From: Trichoplax adhaerens
Lineage: Eukaryota; Animalia; Placozoa
Reading direction: 5' to 3'
Assembly (NCBI RefSeq): GCF_000150275.1
Contig: NW_002060952.1
Span: 1,601,927 to 1,665,926 of the forward strand
Length of the DNA stretch: 64,000 bases
Part shown: positions 21,256 through 33,736 of the stretch, in pieces
Layout of the letters: the number at the start of each line of letters is the position of its first letter
How positions within the stretch are numbered: position 1 is the stretch's first letter
Notes under the pieces: model-generated
Told to the model about the DNA's origin: nothing
The model's input: the letters and a program-made list of their open reading frames with translations, nothing else
The model's database searches: none
Made by a program: the position numbers and the translations under genes

Positions 21256-22759
21256 TTTAATCACCGATGATATTCAATTACTAGCAACACACTGTTAAGG
21301 ATGATAAAATTGTTAAAGTGTCAAGGAGAAGAGAGTAACAAGCAATCATTAAATTTTATATCCTCTCTATTGTAGGTTAAAGGTATTTTCAATCTCGCTT
21401 GAATTTAAAATAATATCATATGTAATCACAATAGAACTTGCATAAGAAATTAGAATTTTACCGAAATAAATACGAAATATGTTAAAATAGTGTTGAAATA
21501 GAAAGTACCTCAGGGTTTTTCCTTCTAGTCCTTTATATACTAATTCCACATTTACTTAACTCAGATTATCTCATTGAAAAAATAGCAATAACTTCAAGCA
21601 TATCAGAGCTTTTCCTTCTGGTCTACAATACTAGATCATTAAGAAAAGTAAAGTTAAACGATAAACTAGTCACTCCAATTTAAGAAATCAATTATAATTA
21701 TATAATCAATGAACGAATCTCAAGGTAGAATATCACGACGGAGTTAATGATAGAAAAAGGGTTACCTTGACAAGTTGAGGGATGACTGCAAGTTTTAGTC
21801 TTGTCTGCCTTCTGTAGGAAATTTCTTACCTCTTATTGGATACTCTAATACACTTAAAATACTTTTGATTCCGTAAACAAATACCGTAGTACTGGCTTTG
21901 GCTGTTTATAAGCATCTTTTTCCTTCTGGTATTTAAATAATCACTTTGACCCTTGGTGAAATCGTACGATTTGAAATTTACACGTTGAATTTATTTTTAA
22001 CTTCAATATATAATACAGAACTTAAATTCCGTTTTTCAATAATAAATTAATCAAGATACTATTAGAAATCAATGCATCTTTAACTTAGCTATGATATACA
22101 CTAAATTTTCGTCTTCCGATAGAGCGATGTTAATCTTCGATAGTAGTTGTTAAAGATTAGTCAGATTTGTTAGCGTAGTACCTTTATATTAGTTTGCCTT
22201 AGCTCTACTATTTCTTTAGTGTTATATTAGTATTTAAAGAAACACCTATTAAAGTAACCCTTAATAAAGAATAGGGATTAAGTAATTTTAATCGTAAGGC
22301 TGCTTGATAGTTAGAGTAAAGCTGTGCCATACACCTAGCATCTTCTTATAGAATGTTATCATTTCTTTATTGTTTAAGCTATTTTGCTTTAAATGGTCAT
22401 TATTTTTTGACCCATTAGTTGATATTGGTTAACAATTAAAAGAATAAGAGTTTAATGCAAGTTCTTTCTAATAATTACATCTAGACTAAAACCTATCAAT
22501 AATTAATGGTTCAATATTTAAGGTTATCAGTTAATTTAGCATTGGGTGGTAAATTATTAGCGATGATTATCATAGCATTCTGACAGACGGTAAATTTTTT
22601 GGAGGTGAAGAAACTCTGGAAGAGCGACGATAACCCGAAATGGATGTTGCTAATTCTAATAACACTTCTTAATAATAACATTTCTTAAAGTATGGATAGT
22701 ATGTTGCTGTACTGAAAGTAGTTGCAAAAGTTACTGAAAGTATATTGAAGAAGAAATTT

Positions 22760-22905
22760 TAGATGATTTAGCAGTTGTTTCTAAGAAATTTCTACGCACT
22801 GCATTCGGCTAGGGCAGAGCTGTGCGTAGTCTATCTTAGAGTAAAGATCGAATCAAGTTTCTGATTTCTACAAATCTTTGAGATTAGTGATCAATTTCAT
22901 CGCGA
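22760..22905 (+). mobile_element. LTR-like dispersed repeat (family 2), 3' portion; homologous to ~62620-62770
   Basis: ATTCGGCTAG.G.AGAGCTGTG..TAGT..ATCTT..TAAGAT.GAAT.AAG shared with 62670-62725. Confidence 0.65.
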
Positions 22906-23167
22906 TGGTCCCACTTAAAAGCAATTTTAGCTGGTAACAATGAAATTATTTTGTGCTACATTGATAGGTTGGGAAAGTAGAAATTGTTCACATGTTTCAA
23001 AATTGACAAGTTTTTAACTTATAGAAATTTAACATAAGAACATGTTGTTTTTCTAGCTTTTGCTAGTGCATTGAAATAGTTATAATGACGCGAGCATATA
23101 CTTCAGTAATATTAATAAATGCTTATAAGTTGTTATGTGGAGATGAAAATATCCTTTTCCTGAATGA

Positions 23168-25783
23168 TTACCTTGACCAAGCAGATCTGGGATACTAAAT
23201 ACAATATTAATATGGTAATTAGCTACCATTTTCGGCATTAGATAGAATTGCTACTACCCAAAAGCTTGTCTAGAATAATTGCCTTTCTTACATGTGCTCT
23301 GGAACCCTGGATTCCAATACTACTAGAAGTCTGGGTAGTAGCGAAAACGTTTCGACATTTAATAATGCAGGATTTATAGAATTTTTTCACCTTCGTATTA
23401 CAAAGTAAAAATTTTGTAATTAGTTTAGCATACCTAATTATAATGAGTAACTGTAATTTGTAACGCTTGATACGACAAATCAGGGTAAAAATCGATATTA
23501 AATCACGCTACTTTAAGCTAGTAAAGACTGTAATAAAAAAACTCTGACTTACACCTTTATACTTTAAGCAATGAAAGTAAAATACAAACGTCCCCTGAAC
23601 AAGATAAAAAAAGAGTCTTGTAGTTTAGGTACAAATAAATAATGCTAATATACGGCAAATGTACTTTGCAGTCATTTACCTGCAAAGAGTTTAATATAAC
23701 AAAGATATAGGAGAATACTACAGTCTTATTCTGAATTGCTACATAGCCAAAAATCCAAGTAATTCCAAGCAGAGGTAGCAAAGCAATCGAAGCCCTTAAT
23801 GACACCCTATACATTCAGATTGACAATATTAGTTAGACAAAGTAATATTATCGGTGATTGAAAGCTATTTGAGGGTCAATTTTCATTAGATCAACAACAT
23901 AAAATATATACTATTATCAATTAATGTTTCTTTTAACCTTCAGAATAATCATGGGAGATATGTAACGTATGACTCTTAAGACAATCAATTATAAGATTAA
24001 AGATAAAGATTATAACGAGTATCGCACTAAAAACATACGAGAACACTAACTATTATTATGAAGGTTGCGGCTGCAATAAATAATTTAGTAATTGCACCTT
24101 AAATTGGTGTTCGTCATGGTCTTATTTATACAAAAAAGGCTCAATAACATTTTTAGGCATTTTTGCGCATAAGCACTAATATTGCATTTCACGGTGCAAT
24201 GATCTTTTCGAGCATATCATTAATGGACAACAAAATATACATTATTATATATATGAATCAATGTTTCTCGTAGCTTTCGGAATAATTATTGATAAAAATA
24301 TATAAGCATGGCTATAATACGATCAATTGCGTGATTGAAGATCATAGCGAATTGCATTTTAAAAAATAAATATGAGAATACTAGCTATTACTAAGAGGAT
24401 TGCGGCTTAAATAAACAATAGACTATTTACAATTTAAATTGGTGTTTAGTCTATTATTATTTGTAGGGAAGAGACCCATAAATATTTTAGGCAACTATAT
24501 CAGCACTAATATCACGTTGTGGGACGATGATCTTGTCAATCATATCATAAGTTGGCTTTAATTGTTTTTTTAGAGACAATATTGAATCTTATTCGCTTTA
24601 TTATAATCTAAATCAATTTTTATATTATGAAGTAACCTTGTCTTCTGAATCTTGGATTTGTTTGCCATTGCGCGGATTCCCATCAAAGTTCGAGTAATCA
24701 GAATCATAAAAATAAGATTAATCTAAAAACAATCAGAAAAAATAAATTTATGCCATCGTTATATTTAGTAATTACCTTTTACTATAAATAGAAAACGGTA
24801 AAAGATTTATTCTTCTCTTGCGACTTACACCTATAGTCACTAAGCCGGGAATTCCAAAAGCAAATAATAAAAAATTGCCAGGAGCTATCCAGCAACTGAG
24901 TTGGAAGTCAAAATTGAGGTCAGCGTTAGTTTGTGAAACAATAATTAATGATTTAACATACTAATTACTGGTCCCATAAAATTCTTTTCTCAACAGGAAA
25001 GCAACAAGGACAATGATAAATGGTGTGCCTTGAATTATAAATGATCAAAATTATGACGTCAAATTCATCACTAGTATTTGCACAGAATTGAATATCGATA
25101 CGAACCCCATCCAATTATGACATATATTATACAAGAAGCCATTTTCTCCGTCCAATGGATAGACATTTTAAAGGTCACAATTCCTTCAACCAACATCCAA
25201 GAAAAAGAAGCCAAAAATGAAAAGTGAAGCACAACGGCAATGATTTGACATAAAACCTAATGCATCCAAAAGTATTGTGAACGGGACATTAGTCAGCTAT
25301 AATATCTGTCGAGGAGTAGATATCGGTAAATTAACAGCCATCACAAACGCTTACTTTTCATTAGATACGCATTTATAGCATTATTCTCTCTACATTAATT
25401 TTTTTTAACGAGTAGCACTGGCAATATCTTATCTATTATACCTCGTTATCGGTTTTTTGAATTCCAGCTATATAAACAGAAGTCGAAATGATTAGAGATG
25501 CTGCCAAGTTAGCATGGACTACGCCTCGGATACTATAGAATCGCCTGCATTAAAAAAAGTATATTCCACGTTCTTAGATGGCATTGAATCTATTAAATTT
25601 GACTCTATTTTTTTTTTTAATTGCTATATTAATAATTAAATTCAGTAAAGGATTAATCAGAATCTTCAAACTATCATACCTGACTATTGTAAAGGTTAGA
25701 AGTGTAAGAATGAGGCAAAATAAAGAAGTAGATAGTCCAACATAAGTTAAAATGCTTAAAAGTTTCTGATGGATAGGATCAAT
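23168..25783 (-). CDS. Gene B 7TM and C-tail exons
   Basis: VHANLA, LCQIIAVVLHFSFLASFSWMLVEG, GWGTP, CW, LLPLLGITW, NSLQGTFVFYFHC; ends YPRSAWSR-stop. Confidence 0.92.
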
Positions 25784-28700
25784 CTTATTTATTTGATAAT
25801 GAAAAGAGTGCTATAAGTATCTTTATTAATTAATTAATTAATCTATAATGTGGTATAAGTAAATTTCTTGTGACTTACCTTATAACTGTCAGTTTGCAGT
25901 AAGACAGAAAAGCTTGTTAGATGATAGGCTATACATTTAACGATGGTACTGTTTACTTGCTGAGTTTCTACCCCATCTGTTGCCCAGTGTCTAAGAAACA
26001 TTTAAGGGGAAACGAAAATAGTTTAATTCATCTTATTATATTCTTGTCTAGCCAGCAAAGGTAAAAGTAAATCTTGTTTACTCTACTGGATTGAAAAATG
26101 AGAGTAGCGGTACTTACTTCTCCTTCCAATAGGCACACAAGGGTTGGATTGTAGTATTCTAAAGTATAAATGAAAGAATACATACAGTTAATGCATCTCA
26201 ATGCACGAAGCTTGTTAGTAATTGACTAATCAACTCGTAGATGCCCAATATAGATCTTATTGTACTTATATTAGGTCTCATTACCAGAGTAATTTTAAAA
26301 TAGAATATGACCGGATCTGGAAATCTTCCCATTATTAAGGGTTTAATGTTGCATGATATGGAATGCTGCATTAATGGCAATTTACTACAAATCGAGAAAA
26401 GCTATTGATTAAGTAACACGACCATATCATATCTATCTTTAAAAGTACGAATACGAGTAGCAGCGACATTTTAAGATCTATTCAGTATTTTCTATGCTCA
26501 ATCATATCAGAGAAATCTAGTGTAACTTATATAGAAATTGAATTTATTCAGTCTTAATTACACCGATAATCTGATTTTAAAATTTCAATTTTCAACTTTT
26601 CATATGAACCTGTTATCAATTCAGGGCTCGATTAAAAGAACAATTACTTCCTTATTTTAAAATGCGTATTACTATTTATATATTTCTACCTGCTTTCAAT
26701 TTGAATCGGAGTAGTTTTATATATTCCTAAAGCCACTTGATATCTCTCTACGAAGCGTCAAATAAAGGTTACGATGGCATTTAATGATAAGATGAAAAAT
26801 TGTGGTATATCATCGTACCGCTAGGTTCAGTAGGGACCACTATTAGAGGTATTCTAACTCTCAGTGGATATCCATAATATGTAGATAATAACCGTAAGGT
26901 TTGCTTTTCTAATTTAATATCAGTTATTTGGCTGCCATTGCTTTTCAAAGCATTTACAAGAACATAATAAACCCCTAAAAAGTAATAGTAGTCTTTAAGG
27001 CTAAGCTTTCTGATCATGTTAACGATTACATTAGTTATGAAAATCTGCTGAAAATAATATCAGTCTATGAAAAAAATAGTTATTCTCTATCGCTATTTAA
27101 TCTTAATCGATATAAATCTAGCACATGATAAATACACCGTAAAAACTTCCTCGGTAGTTTAATTTCCAATAACAATTCTGAAATATCTAATAGTTATCAA
27201 AGGTACTGCTACATCTATTTCGTTATTTTCTGAATTATGGCATATAGAATCCTATTTGCTAGACGCTTAATCCGTTTTAAAATTAAGGTTTAATTACAAG
27301 CTACCGATCTAATCTAGGTATGCTGAGTCTCTAAATCATAAATCAAGTGGAACAAATTTGCAAGATACTATACTTAGGCAAAAAATGAATCTACAACTTA
27401 ACTGATACGTGGTATTAATAACCAAATATACCATTATCGAATACAAAATATTTATTATTTTAATAATAAATATTAAGGAATGAAAATTTTAAAGGCAAAA
27501 TTAGTTATATGATGAGTTTTACGAATAAATCTCTACCTAAAGCCTCATCGTGATAGGATGATTGCACCATGCTGGAATTAGTGGGTAAATTCTGTGCTAA
27601 TTGTAATCCAGTCTTTTCTACCAATTCAATATAATTTATTTTTTCCGTAAAGTCGTTTTGATGTATTGAACTTAATGTTTGATTAGATATTAAATTGGAT
27701 GCCAAACTGGATGTAGAGAGGGATTCTGCACTAGAAATGAAAGCAACAGTTGAATCGGAAGGTGCTGGTGATGGCGTTGTACTTTCTGTTTCTTAAAAAC
27801 ATAGTAACAAATTTAATAAATTATGCCTTAAAAATGCTATTTTAATTTCATAAGATGGAGTAAATTGACTTTAGATCTATAAAATGTCTTAAAATTATCA
27901 CGAAAAGATAACTACTGTTTTGTAGTCTATTTAATTAGATGAAACTATAGCTAACAGTAATAGCAGACAATTAAAAATTTTAACTATATTATCCTTAAAA
28001 TTAGTTTAGGTTAAAGCAAGGATTTTGATTGTATGATTGGTGCAAGTAGAAAGTATGTGACTGAATAACATGAATGGTGTTTGGTAACGTTGGTAATTAA
28101 TAGCTTGAAGACTGCATGATGTGGTTGAGTTACTTTTCTTACCTGTAATTATTAACGTTTTTCGACAGATCGGGTAGGCTTTATAATGAAAGCAATTTGC
28201 TGGATACCATTCCCAGGATTCTGTTTCCTTCATATATTTCATAATCACACATCGATGGGTAGTTTCGCTAGAGTTGGCTTTCAATTTTGTAACCACGAGG
28301 TGATCAAGAGATCTACTTTGTATCCACATATAAACTTCGCTGGATTTTTTGTATAATCCAATCCAAAAAGACTGATTGGTATAGCTAATTGATCGAAATC
28401 TAATTTTCATTTCATATGGTATTAGATTTTCCACGAAACTTCGAATTTCTGGAGAAAGTATAACCAAATCCGATCTATGAATACGACATAATTCGCGTGC
28501 TTCATGAAAACTTAACTTTGCATAAAAAATTTTAATGCAGCTGGAATCATTCATAAGCCAAGACTTTGGACATTCAAAGGTTTTCCCGACTATTATAAAA
28601 TAATAATAACGTAATTAAATACCATTAAATTCGTCCTTAGTTATCGGGTATAATACAAAATACTGTGATTATTGACCGAATATATAATATCAGATATCGA

Positions 28701-31700
28701 TACGTGTATAGAGGTAAGACAAAGACCGAAATGATGACTATAGCAAGTTTTGATGCAATTACTACCAAAAAATTAAGAGCGCATTTGTTTTATGATTGAA
28801 TTTTAAATACTAGAAGAATAAATAGTAGAAATCAAACTTATACCAAATTTGTTGTTTAGTCTGAGGAGATTTTTCGTTAATGAAATTGAATCTAGACCAA
28901 GAATAAATATAACATATTTATAAAGCAATTTATTTAACCAAGCCAATAAGATCCATAAATTTGGTTTAAAAATTTCTTGCCTAAAAATAAGGCTAGAATC
29001 TATAAAATTGGCAATCAACTGATGTGTTTTAATATGCTTACAAGACTAATCTTTTTTATATACCGGTAATTTAATTTGCCTTATGTCACCAAATTCAGTT
29101 ACTGTATTTAAGGTATGGTACATTCAGATATTAATGCTACAGTTAAGTTCTGACGAACTATCAGAATTATGGTAACTAACAGCAACAATTTATGAATTTA
29201 TCAGTGTTTCATATGGAAATCTTTACTATTTAGCTAAATTACACCTGTTGCATTGTATGAAATAAGTATACTTATGATGAGATTATCAAGCCTAAAAACT
29301 CTTTACTATTTAACTAAATTACCTACACTGTACCGTATAAAATTCACGTAACTATGAAGGAATTATCATGTCTAGTCAGATTAATTACAAGACAACCTAA
29401 TATCAGAACTAATATGCAAACTACCTTCTTGTACCCGTAGTTATAAAGGTTAAATCAGAATTGTACTAAAACATCTTTTTTGACTCAGTTATAAAAAATT
29501 TGGTACTGCATAGAGCTATAGGAATTTGTTACTTTATACAGCCATCTAGTACACTTAAATCCACTGGAATTTTTCAAATTTATTTCTTAACATATTTTTG
29601 GGGGGAGGCAAAGAATTCACGAAGAAAATAAATTTTCTGAAGCAAACAGTAAACTACTTCAGTCTCTAATTACCTAATTATTATGCGTTAGTAACTTTTA
29701 TTTGAAAAAATAATCATCAAAACCAATAAATTAACGAAGCAATATGTGTTAATTATAGCTACTTGAGTGAAATATTTTAATGGGCTTAGTTCATAGAATA
29801 TCTTCTAGTACACAATCTAACTATGAAAGGTAATGAAAATAGTATAATGAAATCGAAATGTTTCTTACGTCTTTGGCAAATGTATGCGTATTTTTCTTCA
29901 CAATTTCGAGTATACCAATAGCTCTTGGATTCATTATGCCTTTGTAAAGTTACACATCGACTTTCATTAAGCAACCTTGGCTCTCCTTTTGCCCAGTTAG
30001 AATAGTTAAGCATCGTTTTATTATCGAACCACGAAAAAAAACCAGATTTGTACTGCAAGCCGATCCAAGCTTCATCTCCATCACTTAGCATTGAAGTGAT
30101 CATGGTTTCAAGGGTTTGATCCAGAATAATGGCAGGATAAGAAGCCAATGTATCTTGACAATAATTCTCAGATAATGAATTTTTTATTTTAGTACCTTTC
30201 AATCTAAAACAGTATCTTTCATATAGAAGCCAATTGTTAGAACATAAACCTATTAAAATTCAGACAGATATGAAATTTTTTGTTAATGTAATCAGTACGC
30301 TGTATTACATATGCAATTATTGTTCTTTGCTAATGCAGATAGCGAAAAGTTTTACTTTACTTACGGAACTGCTTTGTTCCAATCGAATTTAAGATAGCAT
30401 CTGTTTGCTTATTCTATATTAGAAAAAAGAGTCTGATGAAGGAAAAAATCGAACTATAATACCACCTATGACCATAAAATATAACGCCCATATAGCTGAT
30501 ACCTACTGAACTGCAGGATTATTTATAATTGAATATTATCGTAGGTTAGAAATTATTGAGGCATCATCTTGATCAGTGCTACTACCGACTGAAGTACCCA
30601 AGAAAAGCTAATTATGTGCAAGTTTTCGAAAAATTACACTGTATCATAAATACACTCTCATATTAAGTCAACATAAACTGTTTATTGCATCGCATCGTAG
30701 TAATGAAGAACAGTTTAGATCTACAGTATACTGTAAGATTTTAATAGCTTGATTACTATATAATTTTGCAAAGATTTACAATATTTAACCATATCAAAAA
30801 ATATAAAACTTGAATTTTTAGCTGTGTTTAGATGAAAATTCTGAGGTACTAATTGATGACAGAATTCGTACCGAAATAATATTGGTACCGTCCGGTGATG
30901 TTGCGCCTGTCAGACAATATGAAACAAAAATTTAAATCGAGCTTTACAGAAAATGCAATCTAGAATCTAATGCAGTTGGAAAATAATAGGTTTATACTTT
31001 TTATATAAATATTTTTGATTTACCTCGCATGCAAAGTGGATACAAATAATGAATGTTTAGACATTTTTGCAACTGCCAGTAAATGATACCATTGCTTACA
31101 TTGGCTACCATGCAAATATCCTTTGCATTAGGATGTTGATGTAGTTGATATTGGTCTTCACTTATCCACTGTAGTCCACTCATGTTCGATTTAAGAGCGA
31201 TCCACATCGATTTATCTGTCGATAAAGCTAGGCTCTTGACAAATTCATATTCAGATTGATCATGGACAATGGCTAAACTAGCATTCAAATCCATGCAGTA
31301 TGCGAATGCATTAGACCATGAATTATAACTCGTTGATGAAGGTAGATAACACCTTTCACCAATTTGCAACCAGTCTATAGGACATCTGAGCTCTGTTAAA
31401 TTGTACAAAGTCGTTAAGTAGCTTATTAAAACGTAACGTATAGACAAGTAACGAGGCAAATAACTTTCAGAATTAATACATAATTCTTGCTACAGTAAAA
31501 TAGATTATTTACTTTGTTCACATAGAAATGGATAAAATGAATAGCAGCGCCGGTTAGTCCATAAAAGAGTTTGACTATTAATAGTAACACATTTGCCGGA
31601 TTGCGGATCTCCGGTTATCAGCGGATTAAATTTTTCCCAGTTGCTAAATTGTTGAGAGAAACTTGAAGTATCAGGCCATAGCCACTCGTAATCGCCAATA

Positions 31701-33736
31701 CCTGTTATATTATTTCCAACAGCTTCCAAACCAATCCACATTTCAGAAAGATTGGGTATAGCTGGTTTTAGAGCTAGTAATTTATCTTGCGATTCAATCT
31801 GAACTAGTTGTTTGCCAAGTGCTTCACAGAAACTTCGGGATAATTTAAAAGTTAGACTATCGTAATACGAAGTAATGCAAGTCCTGTTAAATAAAACCGA
31901 TGGTGCCTTGCAATACCTATTCTCTATAAGTAAGAATGGAATGAATATGGCGCTCTGGTCAGATTTTAACATGTTACCAAATTTGGATATCTATAGGGCT
32001 TTACTTGAAAGAAAGCTAAGCTAATGTTGGAAAAGACTTACTGAATTGTATTTCGTATCCCGATAGAATATACGGTGAAATCATCGAATTTGGAGTGGTT
32101 GTGTTCAAGTCTTGGCATGAAATGAATTTATAGGTTAGTTGTGGAAAGATATTGAGATACTAGCACTTGAAATTGGTCAGAAATCAATTTAACTGACATC
32201 ACTGGATAATTAGACTTGAAATCGCTATCAGGGAAATTTTAAATTCTTAGCTTAACAGCATAGTATGCTTATACTATAAAGTATTGCTGCATAAACTATA
32301 TACGTTTACATGTATTATCTGTTCACTAAAACAACTACGAAATATACGGCAGAATTTATATCTGACTAAAATTAAGGTGATAGCCACTTAGAACCTTCAT
32401 ATACAAAATAAATTTTAAATTGAAACAATATATGATAGACGTTGTTGTTAAGCTACGTATTCATACATTGAATCTTTGAAAAAAGCTATTCTATCCTTTC
32501 TTTACCTAGCTGACAGATGAAACGAAAATGGTCATTGCAACTAAAATTCATCCATTGCAATTGGTTACTAGAATATCCTAAGTAAAGCCAGGTACACAAG
32601 ATTGATGAACTGCTCGTACTGTTTTGGTCCCTTAAGGTCCAATTCTCAGAAGTAAAATTACTATTAATCCGATCATGATGAATTAACGTGCTATTTAAAT
32701 CCACCGAATCAATCCAGTACAGCTCAATTAATGGACTATCGCTGCTCTCATTGAAAGTCTGCACCATATCATAAAGAATATCGATCTCACTTGCAGAATT
32801 AATCTGCAATAAAGTACCATTATAAGTAATTTTACAGTAGTTGACCGCATTAAAGATTGATGCTTGGGATTGACTGATGAAATAGCGCTTATAATTATGG
32901 CTAAACCATCGATCACCTGAAAAATAAAGAAAATATAAATATTTATCAATCCCGAATAGCTTAATAGTAGTCATTAATTTAATACGGCTAGCATTTAATC
33001 CTATGTCGAAGGCATTTAGATAAGATGTTTGAGCCTATTAGAATTCTAAATTCATAGGTGGATGTTAACAAGTTCGTTGCGGATATAAAATAGGTCGACA
33101 AGAACTATTCATAAAGAAAGTTCACTAACTTTATTTTAATCTTAATTAAATGCTGTACTAACGGCAAAGATATAATAGCTTGATTTCGAACGCAGCTTTA
33201 TTACTGATACTTCTTTCTGCTTTAGCAGTTTAAATTTCAAATTGTATAATATTGTTTCTTAGCTGACAGATCTCTTACTGTGGCTATGAGACTGTTAAAT
33301 ATGACTAAAGCGTATATGTAAATATTACTGAGGAGTTTTTATGCGTACGCATCGCTTGAAAACTGTTGATATTTATGTATGTAGTATTTGGGTATTTGTG
33401 ACAAATATTTAAAAGAGTAGATGAACTAAAGAAATTATACCAAACTTACCGGGAGATTGTATCATTTGAACATAATTTAGCATAAAGAGATAGACTAAGC
33501 TTCCGAGGGCAATCCATAACATGCTGGGTTTCTATTTACGAGCAAATATGATAAAACTTTAGTACAACTAATAACGTGATGTAATAGCAAAGAATTCGAA
33601 ATTATAGACTTATCTGAGTTGTTTAAGCTCAGGTCTATCTATGAAGCAATTTAATCATTTAACTTAAAAGAATACAGTTACAAGTGTAATTTGTCTTGAA
33701 ACTTAAAAGATATTTGTTATGGTGTTATCTCACCAT
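23168..33736 (-). CDS. Gene B: adhesion GPCR with 5 C-type lectin domains, GAIN/GPS and 7TM; ~1276 aa, 26 exons
   Basis: Minus-strand exons in transcript order: 33734-33736 (ATG|gtgaga), 33450-33531, 32506-32916, 31513-31923, 31024-31392, 30872-30906, 30365-30413, 29869-30249, 28844-28891, 28143-28589, 27537-27791, 26819-26974, 26690-26747, 26285-26384, 26118-26158, 25879-25990, 25680-25783, 25442-25544, 25106-25256, 24962-25028, 24829-24895, 24637-24722, 23680-23806, 23553-23594, 23292-23390, 23168-23194. Total 3831 nt with consistent phases. Confidence 0.91.
24050..24550. repeat. Degenerate direct duplication (~335-bp spacing) in a gene B intron
   Basis: TTGCGGCT..AATAAA...TTAAATTGGTGTT...TTTTAGGCA...AGCACTAATAT...ATGATCTT...CATATCAT occurs twice. 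Confidence 0.75.
25879..27791 (-). CDS. Gene B stalk plus GAIN/GPS exons
   Basis: ETESTTPSPAPS stalk; LCAYWKEKHWATDGVETQQVNSTIVKCIAYHL|TSFSVLLQ. Confidence 0.88.
28143..28589 (-). CDS. Gene B CTLD5 exon
   Basis: ECPKSWLMNDSSC...FHEARELC...FWIGL...RCVI...WYPANC...PICRK. Confidence 0.92.
29221..29375. repeat. 80-bp tandem duplication in a gene B intron
   Basis: CTTTACTATTTA.CTAAATTAC at 29221 and 29301, each followed by ATTATCA. Confidence 0.75.
29869..30249 (-). CDS. Gene B CTLD4 exon
   Basis: LCSNNW...AWIGL...NWAKGEPR...RCV...WYTRNCEEKYAYICQR. Confidence 0.93.
31024..31392 (-). CDS. Gene B CTLD3 exon
   Basis: CPIDWLQIGERCY...MWIAL...ICMV...WQLQKC...PLCMR; 369 nt. Confidence 0.93.
31513..31923 (-). 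CDS. Gene B CTLD2 exon
   Basis: YCKAPSVLFNRTC...MWIGL...DPQSGKCV...WTNRRCYSFYPFLCEQ. Confidence 0.93.
32506..32916 (-). CDS. Gene B CTLD1 exon (WIGL motif degenerated to WIDS)
   Basis: GDRWFSHNYKRYFIS...AVNYC...LYWIDSVD...LCTW...QWMNFSCNDHFRFICQL. Confidence 0.9.
33450..33531 (-). CDS. Gene B signal-peptide exon (KPSMLWIALGSLVYLFMLNYVQMIQSP)
   Basis: aaatag acceptor, gtaagt donor, 82 nt, hydrophobic core. Confidence 0.75.
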
